Positions 35,662 through 47,300 of a stretch of DNA of 64,000 nucleotides are shown here, piece by piece. The notes under the pieces were generated by a model. It made no database searches. It was given only the letters and a program-made list of their open reading frames with translations, and was not told the DNA's origin. The stretch covers positions 736,973 through 800,972 of the forward strand of contig BDGG01000012.1 of the NCBI GenBank assembly GCA_001949185.1, read 5' to 3'. The stretch comes from Ramazzottius varieornatus. Taxonomy: Eukaryota > Animalia > Tardigrada. Each line of letters starts with the position of its first letter. The stretch's first letter is position 1. The translations under genes were made by a program, and so were the position numbers.

Positions 35662-38600
35662 CTAATCGTACTTGCCGCTCTTCATCGCATCGATCAGCGC
35701 AGCCACATAGTCACGACCATCAGACGGCAAGGCCAACGAGACATCCGCAATGTCTTCGTCAGAGTCCCCCAGAGTCGTAGCGCCAGCTCGATGGAACTTC
35801 TCCACCTTAAACGGAACGTCAGCTCCCAACATACCTTCTTTCACGAGCATCTTGCGGGCCGTTTCGTTGGCTTTGAGCGCATCGAAGCCATCCAAGGCCT
35901 TCGCCGCATCTTTCACGTAGCACATCAGGGATAGGGCGGGAATCTCGGCTTGTTCTGGAAGCAAACGACGGATGTTGGCTGTGGGAGTGTAGCCAACTCG
36001 TCCCAGGTCGACGAAGTAGAGCAAGCATGTGGCATCGTACTCGGTTCGAAGAACCCGAGCTCGCATCCATTGCTGGTTGTGCTGAACAGCCACCAACACC
36101 CCAGGTTCCGGCCTGTGAAAGAGGGTGTAAGTGTCAAGTTTTCACTCTACTTCTGCACGTGATTCAAGTGGGCTTGATAGAACAGTAGGCAGATGATTTC
36201 GCCCACATCGTTTTCCCGAATGGCGCACGTTCTCCGCCACTAACAATGGAAACGTGCGCCAGCCGTCCAAGCGGCGCACGCTTCCGGCCAATAAGGATAG
36301 AAACACGAGCCACTTGAGATAATGACCTGGTTGAAATCATTTGCCAACGTCTCAGATGAACTGAATGAAAGTAGCTTACAGTGTGCCTGGTTCCGGACTC
36401 TCCTTGAGCGCTGTCATCAGGGCCACGTGGATCTTGCGAATCTCGCTACGAGTGCCTGCGGTCTTCAAGGGACAGCAGTGCAGGAGACCGGCGTGCTCCA
36501 CATTGACTAAACGCATCGTGACAACGCCTGTCCCATTTGTGAGAGAGGAAGGTTTACGAGGAGGCAGTGTCCTAGAAAACCAAAAATGCTGTCGGTGATC
36601 GACTGATATACGAATGAACAGACAAGCACAGAGGACTTACACGAGAGGACTCTGAAAGCCAAGTTTCCCCAGTTTCCGCCCAATGTCCATACTGCCTCCT
36701 TTCGACTTGGGCTTCGGCATTTCTTTCTCAAGGTCTACGTTTTCAGTCGACTTGCCAGTGGCCTCCAAAATGACGTCCAGCCAGTCACTCTCTCCGCCCA
36801 CCACAAGAGCTTGAAGGTCTTTACGTTCCATCATTTTCTCGAACTCTCGGTTGAAGTAAACAGGATCTTCGGGAGCGAAGCCGTAGTCGATCTCCCGCAT
36901 CTTACAACGCCAGACCACAGTCAAATCAAGTTTCTCCATCTCTGCTGGCTGTCGTAACATGGACCCCAAGAGAACTGATTCCATTGTCCCATAGTCCAGG
37001 AGCAGTACCAGCGCACTCGTCTGGTCGCTCTTTATGCGATAGATACGCCCACGAGCGTAGATCTGTCGTAATTCCGATCTGAAAATGACGACGTCCTGCA
37101 GCTGCAACCTGCAAGAAAAACACGTATTTTTCCGATATCTTGCACTGTATTTCACTCAAATACACAGTGTACTTGAATTACGCCTGACTTGCAAGAACCA
37201 CAAAACATAAATCGGACGCCGGCAAACGACTCCAACATTATCGCTTTCTAGTGGCGCACACTTTCGGCCAATACAATGGAAACGTGCGCCACGTGAAATG
37301 ACGACCGTGTTCAATTCATATACCGTCGTTCCAAATCTGTTTTTGTTAGAATGAGCTACTCAAATTTTTCCGAATCAAGCGCATGGTAACAACAAAGTAA
37401 CACTTACGGAGGCTGGGGCTCGGGTCTGTCAGAAAGAGGAAGACGGAAGATCTTTTCCATGCAGTTCTCGTACTCATGCATAAGGCCTTGGAATCCTTTG
37501 GAGGGTTGAAACATCCACAGCCAAATGGAGTTGTACATGTCCCAATGAGAAACCTCGGCAGACAGGGCGACACCAGTGTGCCTATCGACACTGTAAACCC
37601 GAACCATAGAAGATTAATTAGCCGGTGAAGGTGGCGAGCAGCAAAGTCGTACTGAAATCCACGGTGTATAAGATTGTATCTTACCGATAGGTGATGCTCG
37701 CCAGCCTGTTGCTTACTTCCATCAGCTCTCGAATCACATCGCCTTTCGTAGATCTAGGGTAAGAACATTTACGTATCTTTGCTGAGTGGTTTCTTCTAAC
37801 TGAAAAACCGAACAGTCGGCTTACTTTTCGGGCGAAGGATAGATGAAGGGTCCGTCGATGGCTGTCGGCGTCATAATATCTTCAGTCGGCCTGCAAAAGA
37901 AGATCATCAGAGCATCAGACGTTCACTCACTCTACTGATATTTTGTACGAGGAAGGAAATTGTTACACATTTGGGTTCACATGAAAGTTCATCAAAGCCG
38001 CTCGACCAGAAGTCAACGAGTTGGATGGCTTGCTCGTCGACTGACCCATTCCACCTTGCTTTAGACTTTCGGCTTGAGACATAAGAAGATCGTACTGCTC
38101 TTTAGACCTGAGAAACACGATATCGATAGATATGCAAGCTTCAGAAAGTTCCCAGACGCTGAACAGCCTGAGCTGACGTACAACTTGTGGGGATCATTCT
38201 CCAGCGAATGCTCAACCATTGGAGGACTGCAGAGAGCTCCTTCGGGCATGGCATGAATCAGCAATGGAGGCTGACCAGGCATGAAAACATATCCCAAAGG
38301 CTTCCCAACTGTCTGCTGCATCTGGAAGCCGTTGGGCATGAAGGCGACTTGTCCAATTCCCGTCGATCCTGCCAGGTTAGCTCGTTGAGCCTACAAAATA
38401 TACCCCAAAACAATTGAAAGAACATCGATCCTCGTCGTAGAGCAGGCCTCTCAACGCTAAAGCGGACAGAAGATTTTTACCGCAAAAGTGTCTTCGGACA
38501 CTCCCTCGTCAGCTTCGTCCTGGTCAGCGACTGAGGAGTAGTCCGAGTGCGGAGTTGCGCTACGCACGACGACGGGCTTTCTCGTTGGTGGAGCTCTCAT

Positions 38601-38747
38601 GGAAGTCGATCTGGTGATCCCTCGCGTAGGCCCAGAGATACCATTGCCGCGATGAGTCGCTTCCTGGTTGCCCTGCAGAATACCTTCCGGGACTCCGAGT
38701 CTCACGCGCGGACCGGTAGCTGGCTCAGCAACACCGTTGGACGCCAT
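35662..38747 (-). CDS. Tudor domain-containing protein with two extended Tudor domains and a disordered N-terminus
   Basis: YARGRI..VLLLDYGTME and QQWMRARV..LYFVDLGRVG..IRRL..IPAL extended Tudor motifs; multi-exon. Confidence 0.82.
36180..36353. repeat. Intronic palindrome family copy (double core), Tudor gene intron
   Basis: GGCAGATGATTTC..TGGCGCACG..CGTGCGCCA..GCGGCGCACG..GCCACTTGAG..AATCATTTGCCAACGTC. Confidence 0.85.
37214..37332. repeat. Intronic palindrome family copy, Tudor gene intron
   Basis: GGACGCCGGCAAACGAC..AGTGGCGCACA..CGTGCGCCAC. Confidence 0.85.
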
Positions 38748-39150
38748 CCTGATTACAAAACAGGTGCAGGAGAACCTTGAGGTGTTCGGCGAGCAACTGC
38801 AAATTTGAAGCGAAGATTACGCACTTCTTCAGAGGAAGCAGCGGAATGATGATCCCGGAACTGCCAACTCTCAAAAGTTTCTGGCCACTGGCATCCGGTG
38901 ACAGGTCGGAACCCTCGGGGTGAATGGAGATACGCTTGAATGGTTGAGGTCACCGAAGAAGTCAGCTTCATACCCGTGGCTGACGTGGGCTAAAGATTTT
39001 GACCTTTATCGTCTTCGTTCAGCGGTCAAAAAGCAAAACGCGTACGATTACTTGCTGTCTTGCGCCTTCGGTCGTTCTTTCTTGTCTTCTTGATGAGCAT
39101 CTTGTTGTTTTCTCATTAGTCTTGTCCGTTGCAGGAAGGAGCTCTCGACA

Positions 39151-40804
39151 ATGGATGCTGCAGAACGGCCGAATAATCCTCCTGAAGGAGCGTGGAACAA
39201 GACAGCTGCAAGCACGATCAGGGACGAATCATCTCTGTCTTCATCGCGTCGCGCCAAAGCTCCGAGACAGAAAACGTTCCCGTTTCGACGCACAACCCCA
39301 TACAAGCGCTCGAGAAGTTCTCAAGTATCTGGTCCTGATGACCCGATCGTGGGTAGCAGCAGTGTTGAGCTGCCGGGGATGGATGCTAGCGAAGTTGACC
39401 GCTCGTCTTCCCCAACCCACCCATCCTTCAGTCCTTCTTTACTGAGCCCAAGAGCAGGCAGAGAACGAAGCTGGGATCGCCTCCAAGGAAAAGGTTTGAT
39501 GGTGAGAAGGCGAGAATGAACTCGATAGGCAACACTCAAACTTATCCAGACTGCAGAATTATTTGGGCAAACAAAGTTTACAAGAATGCTTTTCTAAGTG
39601 GCGTACTTGTCCAGGGTTACTGGCCGAAACTGTGCGCCACTTGCAGAAGTGATCTTCTCGATTTTGTTCGCTTTGAAGGTGTCCCATTTGAAGGAATGTC
39701 TTTTCGGTTTTGTTATTCAACGTTTTCTGTCAGCCCGTTATTCCTGGAACGGATATCCCGATGTCGCCTTACAAAGATTCATCGTCTTCCGGAAAAGAAT
39801 ACGACATTGAGGATCTTTGCCGAAAGAAGAGTCTCCGGAAAGTTTTGATGGTCATCCAAGAAGACGACAAAGCGGAAAACGAAGCTGGTAAAATTCCTGA
39901 GAAATTCCTGACTCCTGAAGCGTTAACCAAACTTGGCGATCGTAGCAAGTACACCATCAACCTTCTGGATAAACTACAGAAGCACTTCATGGTCATCAGA
40001 GAGAAGCTATACCGAGCCAGGTATCAAGGCATGGATCAAGGCATCGAAGCGGTGCAGAAAGGCGACTCGCCCTTGCTTGAGCAGCACATGTCCAAGATCC
40101 AAAACATCTGCCAAGACGAGCTGCGGAAAGCCAAAGATCTCCAAGAATCGAGGAAAGAATCCATCGAGCTCGAGTACTCCAACGCCGCCAAAGCAGTATG
40201 GGATACGTTGGACGCAGAAGTGGCTCGTCGCCAGTATGGCTTGAAGGTTCGTCTTGTTGAGAGCATGATCAAGAGCGAATGTGACTTTATGCAGACCCAG
40301 CTGCGAAACATTGTCAGCCATTGGAAGGAACAGTCCAAGACGGGCGATACCTCTGTGAGAACAGTTAACGGAATCACGATCAATGTCGACCTTGAGATTC
40401 CTACAGAAGAACTCATGGGCGATGTGTGGAAGCTGATGAAGACGTCCATCAGACAAAAGTACTGGACCAAATACCTTTCGCCAAAAGCGCAAGCTGAATC
40501 GGAAGTGGGAGGACGGGCTGTCCGCGCAAAGGCCATTCAAGCGGCTCTGCTGCAGTCCCAGGTCAGTGCTGTGCAGTCTTCGGGACCTCACAAGTTGTAT
40601 TACAGCGTTCCTCATCGCAGTATTTTGAAGACCTTTAAGAATTTACGAAGCGATAGCATGGTCGCTGCTGCAAGTGCAACGCCGACAGCTTCAACCTCTA
40701 CAATAGCTAACGATTCCGAATTGAATTTTGTCGATAGCCCGCAGTCTCCTTCGCCTCCCTCCAACCATCGTGATCCGAGTTTTAAATTACAAGATGCGAC
40801 CTGA
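39151..40804 (+). CDS. SDS3/BRMS1-like Sin3-HDAC subunit (divergent); exons 39151-39501 and 39734-40804
   Basis: LQKHFMVIREKLYRAR..IEAVQKG.SP..IELEYSNAAKAVW resembles the Sds3 coiled-coil domain; phase-0 intron. Confidence 0.65.
39562..39673. repeat. Intronic palindrome family copy, SDS3-like gene intron
   Basis: GGCAAACAAA..AAGTGGCGTAC..GTGCGCCACTTG..TTTGTTCGC. Confidence 0.75.
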
Positions 40805-40977
40805 TAGCCTGTAACCCTTACTCTTCTTTCACACTACAAACCTAGTTTATTCGTTAAGCGCCGTCAAGCATTACTGCTGGTCTGGGTTTCCGCACGCTGC
40901 TTATTTCTTTCAGTTCTATACTTCTGATACTCACCGAAGTACGAACAAAATGTTCGTCGTGTGATTGTAAAGGAGGT

Positions 40978-41095
40978 TACTGTATACTCTCCCGAAATTC
41001 ACGTACGTCACTCCATTCAGAGTGTAAAACTAGAGAAAGTTCTCATACGGTGACCATAACAGTGACGTACGTGAATTTCGGGAGAGCATACAGTA
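40978..41095. mobile_element. MITE-like element with 35-bp near-perfect terminal inverted repeats
   Basis: TACTGTATACTCTCCCGAAATTCACGTACGTCACT ... AGTGACGTACGTGAATTTCGGGAGAGCATACAGTA (1 mismatch), with TA at both ends. Confidence 0.75.
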
Positions 41096-41209
41096 TTAGA
41101 ACATCACTAATCGGCGGTATCGGTACGGATGCCCTTAGGGTATTGATACGTCATTGAGTTTTGTTCTTCCTGGCGGAGGAAATAGAGTCCCGTCATCCTG
41201 CTCGAGCGC

Positions 41210-41221
41210 AAAAATAAAAAA
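41210..41221 (-). terminator. Pol III oligo-T terminator of the tRNA
   Basis: T-runs (TTTTTTATTTTT on the minus strand) directly after the tRNA 3' end. Confidence 0.75.
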
Positions 41222-41222
41222 G

Positions 41223-41295
41223 TAGCAGATCGTGGTTTCGATCCACGGACCTCTGAGTTATGAGCCCAGCGCGCTAACCTCTGCGCCAATCTGCT
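41223..41295 (-). tRNA. Initiator tRNA-Met (CAT)
   Basis: AGCAGATTGGCGCAGAGGTTAGCGCGCTGGGCTCATAACTCAGAGGTCCGTGGATCGAAACCACGATCTGCTA folds as a cloverleaf, with the A1:U72 pair and GATCGAAA T-loop (A54/A60) typical of eukaryotic initiators. Confidence 0.95.
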
Positions 41296-42285
41296 AAATT
41301 CGACGCTCGTTGTGGAAATTTAACTCAATCAGCAGATTTTACAGTGTAGCCGTACTGTCTCTCGCTGCTGTTTAGCTCGGGTGCTTGATTTCCGAAACTT
41401 GATTTGTGTTGATAGATCATAGATCCACGGACCACGGCCTAAATACAGTAACAGTAAGAATCTCAGATCTGTAATCAGCTAGATTGAACATTTCTCCGCA
41501 GTATACTGGTTCCCTTCTGCTCCTGGTGAACCTCCGTGATCTTTACCTCAACGTTGTCCGCCACATCTGTGCTGCAAGGCTGTACTGTTGGCTGGACTGC
41601 ATGTGGAAGCTTTCCAGCTGAGCTGAATGCTGATCGACCTGACTCGGGGAGTGGTGTCCTGGAAGGAAGACCTTCAAGATTCAAAGCACACTGTAAGTAC
41701 TCCTTTGTCTGACCATTTTCATGTGGTGGCTTAATGCCATGATTCCAAGGAACACGGGAGTCAACCGGTATCACGGTGTACTTGAGGAGACCAGTGAATG
41801 TAGAGTGTAGAGTGAAGACTTATATAGTGCGTGTTGCGTTGTGGAGTGAGCTCCACTATACAGTATGTGCGAAATCATCAATTTATCATTTTATATCGTA
41901 TAATCTGTATTTATAGTGTTGTGAGTGCCCGAAGCGCTCGTATTTTCCTGCATCTGAGTCGGCCTGATCTACGAACAGCAAGCGTTGATGGGACGGAATT
42001 ACTTTTCCGAAACAAGACTCTTATCGACGGATGGAAACTTTTGAGAACTCCTTGTTGCATACGGCTATCACACTTTTTATATCGATCCCTTTCTTGCTGG
42101 TGCTGTACTTTCTCGGCTGGCTTGGACTGGAACTCTTCAAGAACAACTGAAATACCGTAAGTGGGCCCTAGATCATGAAGGTGCAATATCGGATGCTTGA
42201 AGCTTTGCACATGGAAAAGTGTTCGCATTTTCCAGTAGCCCACGATCTTATTTGTCGACGAGTTTTAAAACTGGAAATCAAGAGT

Positions 42286-43580
42286 TACATAGGGGGTTCA
42301 ATAAATTTCAAGGCATGACTGCCCTAGTTGACCTAGACTTTTACGGCACAGTCCAAAACAATGGCTGTCCTATTTACGGTCCATTACCAAAAGACCGAAT
42401 GAATAGACTTGAAACTCGCGAAGAATCGTCAGTTTTAATTTTAGCACCTGAAGAACTTTTCACTGTCCCCGTTAACATGGCGCAGTACGATAAGCCGTTT
42501 TACCGAAGCGTCATACTGTATAATTTCAAGCGGAGCTTGACGACGCGGGAATGCTTCGACGAGATGAGTAAAGTATTGGGGGATGAATCTTCGTCGAAAC
42601 CAACTGTTGAGTACTGGTTCAGAAATCTTCATCGAAAGATTGTCGATCTGGAAGATGCACTGTGTTCTGGGGCTGCTGTTACGGCGCGCGCCGACAATAG
42701 ATTACATTGACACGCAAGCTGATGGAAGAAGATCGTCACACCACTGTCAGGAATACAGCGGAGGAACTGGACATTTCAGTGGGAACGGCTGAACAGAAAT
42801 TACACGATGATCTTAATTTGCAAGACATTTGTGCTCCGTGGGACCTCATGGACTGACGGAGAACCAACGTCAGTCAAGAGTACGTAGATGTGAGCAGATG
42901 CTTCCTGTCCTCGAGTCAAACATAAAGGACGATGTGGTGACTAGCGATGGATCTTGTGTCTATTATTACGACCCAAAACGGAAGGAGCACAAGGAGGAAT
43001 GGGTCGAGAAAGAAAGTGGCGCACCCATGGTTGTACAGCACCGTAGAGCATCAAGAATCGTATGTCCAACTTTTTCCTGGGTCGGAACGGAGTTAGTTTC
43101 AATACAAAGGTACCCCGTGAACCGTCGATGCGTGGTGCTTCTTACATCAAGAACTGTTTGAAACCTCTGTGTGAGATTATGAGAAACAGACGTCCGAAAG
43201 GCGGACTCCGGGGGAAACTGCTTCACCACAACGACGCGAAGTGACACAGCGCACTTGCATTATCGGAATTTTTGGCCGAGCAGGAGCTTGATATTATTGT
43301 TCATCCCCCTTATCTGCTTGCGAGTTTTAGCCGTTTCCAAAACTGAAAAATTTCTTACAGGGAGAAAAATTTACGACGGAAGAGGAGCTCGAGGGCGCTA
43401 GCGATGACGCCCTTGCTTCTTTCGATAAAAAGTTTTACCACGAAATGTTTGACGACTCGGTTTCTCGATGTAAACGTTGCATAGAGGTTGGTGATGTTTA
43501 CTTTGAAAAGTTGTGAAGTTCGGGCGAACCAGTAATTTGTAATAAAATCAGCTTTAAAACTTGTTGAACCCCCCTATGTA
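42286..43580 (+). mobile_element. Decayed mariner (Tc1/mariner DD34D-type) DNA transposon, ~1.3 kb
   Basis: ~29-bp TIRs TACATAGGGGGTTCAATAAATTTCAAGGC / GCTTTAAAACTTGTTGAACCCCCCTATGTA enclose transposase fragments. Confidence 0.92.
42477..43516 (+). pseudogene. Mariner transposase pseudogene (frameshifts and stops)
   Basis: HTH YRSVILYNFKRSLTTRECF..TVEYWF; SVGPHGLT (WVPHEL); VVTSDGSCVYYYDP (TGDE); LLHHNDAK*H (HDNARPH); degenerate HPPY motif. Confidence 0.88.
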
Positions 43581-44384
43581 TACCCATAGAAAGGACGATG
43601 GTTCTTGCTACCTTCAAAGTTACGAACACTCAACAAGTTGCCAACAACCCCCAACAAAATTAGGTGAAATACAGGCGTAAAATACATGAAGACACTGCGA
43701 TATGGAGACCGGTGTAAAACCAAGTCACTATGTCACCTCAGGAAGCTAATGCGACATTCGGGATACCGGAAACTGATCTTTTATCGATTATTCCGTAACG
43801 CGGATGTAGTCTCTTCCCAGGGCCAGGTCTTACCTACTTGATTATCCAAAGTAACCCCACTAAAAGTTGGCGAATAAATTTGTTCACATAGAGTGTCTTT
43901 CATCTTGGCCTTAAGGCCGGAAGTCCACCTCTGTACTGTGGCTCTTGATCAGACTTTACTATTGGTGTAAACTTACAGGCGAACTTGTCCTCGGTAGACG
44001 CATCTGTCGACCGTTAGTCAGAGAGCCAGCCATCTGCGTTTTGTACATGTGTGGTGTAATTATGTGTTTTGTTCTTTTCACTGACAGTTCTCGTACCTCC
44101 CAAGCGAAAGCACCACAAGTCAACACGTGGGTTCCCGGGTCTTCACTTTTCTGCTGAGACGGTAAGTTTTCTCTTTGCAGAGTTCTTAAACTTGTCTAGC
44201 CCAAACTGGCTACCGTCGTCATCATGAAAATCGATAGTCGCTGCTGCTGCTGCGTGTTCTTTATTACATAATTTCGTGTGCAGGCTACGATGAGTAAGTA
44301 AGCGTTCCATTGGACCTTTACACTAACGAAGGAGCCGCCCTTGCCGTAGTCATCCCACGCATCACTGCATCTCCGGCCGGGAAA

Positions 44385-47300
44385 ATGTTTACGAACAGCA
44401 CGTCGAAAACTAATCGCTCAGTAGCGGTGGTGGAAGAAGCCAAGCTCGCTCGTGAAAAGCGCGCGCGTGAAAAGAAGCGTACGGACGCGGCGATACTGAT
44501 CCAGGTATTTTCTTTTGATTGCCTGATTAGCTGGGTATGGCACCTCCTGTTTGTGTCGGTCCCGGCGTCGGCTGGACCGCGGCTGTGGCCAATAAACATG
44601 GTCTTCCTGTACAGTCTTTTGTCCGGCGATGCCTGTGTGTCAAGCATCTGCGAGCGGAGAACCAGCGGGAATTTGACGAGGTCTTCGGACAATACGCCTA
44701 CTCGAGTGAACTTCCGCCGACGATCACGGCCGAAGATGCCTTCTCTCACCTACGGCAGTTCTTTTTTCTGTTTAATGGAAGGGACGATCAGGAACGGTTT
44801 CGGAACGTTTGTTGTTATTTGATAAGGAGTATATCCTGTGAGAAACCACAGTACAGTTTTATGAGTATCCTTCAAAAGACGGAATTCGTGTCGACGTGGA
44901 GACGTCAAGTCCTGTTGATTCTTCAACTGTGTGTCCGATACCTTCGACTTCTCAATCCGGAGAACGTAGCGGATGGAAAAGATCTCGTTCTGTACTCTCA
45001 AGTCATCATTATGCTGACGCATGCTTCGCAGTGGAAAGCTGTTAAGATACCCAGCGAAGTAGGAACGGCGCACCCAACATTACTGAACTAGGTTTCGAAA
45101 ATAATAATAATTTTCTCCCGATCAGGAGTATTACTTTATGAAATTTCAGAACATGCTATGAATATTCTGTGGATATTTTTCTAATATTTTTGGCCTGTTT
45201 TGTAGGTTGTTCAGAAAGTGATGAACGGTTTGACGTTCAAATGGCTGCAAGAACTAGTCAAGTTCGGGCTGTACCAGACGATTCACGAGCTTCTAATACG
45301 TGGGATGGCTCGAAGCAAGCCATCTTTTACCAACACGACACTCTTCCCGCTATTGACCCTGACAGTCCGTCCGATGGTGCAGGCGGCTTTCCCCTCCGAA
45401 ATCGATCTACAAAAGACTGTGATTAAGTTATACACTGTCCCCGGTTTGTTATTACATGTTGCCAGCATATGTCCAGAGTTTATTGAAACGTTGAAGAAGC
45501 AGAATCTGCTAAAGAGCTGGAATAGCCTGCTGACCACGGACAAAGCTTGGCTGATGTTGCGTCAAGAGCTGACGACGGCTAACGCCACACTGAGCATGAC
45601 CGCTAATCTTCTGTATGCCTTCTGGCTGGACAGAAGAGAAGATGACAGCGAAGTGGAGGTCCTTCATGCGGTTTCCACGATTATTTTCCTTTTGGATCGA
45701 TGCCGGGAGATTACGGCCTCGCATCAGTCGGCAGCTTCCAAATGGCACCCTATTTTAGGATGGTCGTCTGACCGCCCTGACCCAAGGTAAGCATTTAGTT
45801 GCGCCAAGGATTGCGAATAGACGACCTTGTGCCGCGCTGCTTCGCTCCGATTCACTTCTTTCCACTTCGCTGAGTTCTACTAACAAATTTTTTACCATTT
45901 GAACATATTATTTACCGTCGACGAACAAAAATATCAACTTTCGAAGTACCTGAATACAATCCTTCCGCAGCAACAGATGGCCCCCTGTATACAGGTGCTT
46001 GATGTGATCCGGCAGACGGATGCGGCTTTTCACGTACCGGCATACAGATTTCTTAAACACTTATCATAGGGTCCATTTTGTTTTCGCGATCTTCGCTTGC
46101 AAACGGACCATAGTTGTTTCTCGTTTTCAGTTATCAGGATTCGATGGGCTTTGTTCAGCAGCAGCTGGAAATAGTCTACATGAAGGACTTTGTGCGGATC
46201 GTCTTTGGCCGGTCGCTGGAGCGGAAAGGCGAAAATGCCATCGTCGTCAAAAAAAACGGCGCTGTTGGGAATTCTAAAGCACTAGGTGCGACAAAGCTTT
46301 TGTGTTTGCCTTGTTGTTGTCATGTTCGAAGACTCTTACCTAAGTTGATTGATCTTTCACAGCCATGCTTCATAAACTCGGCTTGTCGGTTGCCAAAAAC
46401 CCTTCGAGGCTACAGTTGGGCGAAGGGGAAGTTAGCCGCTTAGCCATCGTCTGCGCCATGTACCAAACCGCCATCAACTGCCTTTCCAGACTGAATCTTA
46501 ACATTCTCACCGGTAAACTCCTAGATCGTTTTTCTTCAAGATTCTTCAAGATTTTTCTTAGAGATTTATTTTTCGGAAATTTTCCCTATCTTTATAGATG
46601 ATATTTTCAATTCACTCTCAGCCAGTACCAAGAGAAACGTGCGCCACTTGATTATTTTTTTAGAGATCGGATTATGTGGTGTGATGTATTTAACCTAGTT
46701 ATCCGTGTTACAGGACTCTGCGCTGAGGGAGCGCTTCCGGCGACTTTATGGCGGATAATTAAGGATATCGGCGTGTCCCAGTTTACGGAGCTGCTGAAAT
46801 CGAATCCGTCTACATTCACCACGGAATTCCAACTCCTCGGCTTGTTTTGTAATCTGACAGCACATTTGATAACGTAAGCAAAGGAAGCCGCTTGAAGAAA
46901 TGTTGTCTGTCTAAACATTAGTTAATTTTAGAATCATGGACGACCTTGAGCTATACGAAGAGCAGAAGATCTTCACCGTGACAGACTTGAGTGACATGTC
47001 CAAGTTTCTGAATGACTTGACTTTCCGAATTATTTGGTACGAGTACATGCCGGCTGCTCAACTCAAGACGGACGCCTTGTTTACATCGGTCCATCGATTG
47101 CTGCAGCTGCTGTATCAACGCAATGCCCGCCGGCGCTTCGCTCCAGATGAGCACTGGATCATGAAGTATGTGACCGATATTGTAAATGTGCGGTAATATC
47201 CCGCGCGGGTGCTGGTATGCTTCATAAATCAAACGTCAAATTGAAATGGCGAGATCATGAATTTTTAATTTGAATTCTTTGCGGCCAGCCATGAAAGTCA

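Noticed and set aside
40007-40615. 202-aa and 166-aa antisense ORFs (and similar ones over PSMD1 and the orphan gene)
   Set aside because: These are shadow frames of real coding exons on the opposite strand.
41475-42243. Two ~100-aa minus-strand ORFs near the mariner
   Set aside because: Non-ATG starts, no motifs, and no convincing exon chain.
44865-44872. U12-type donor GTATCCTT
   Set aside because: It lies inside an open UBE3B exon (MSILQK), and no intron is needed there.
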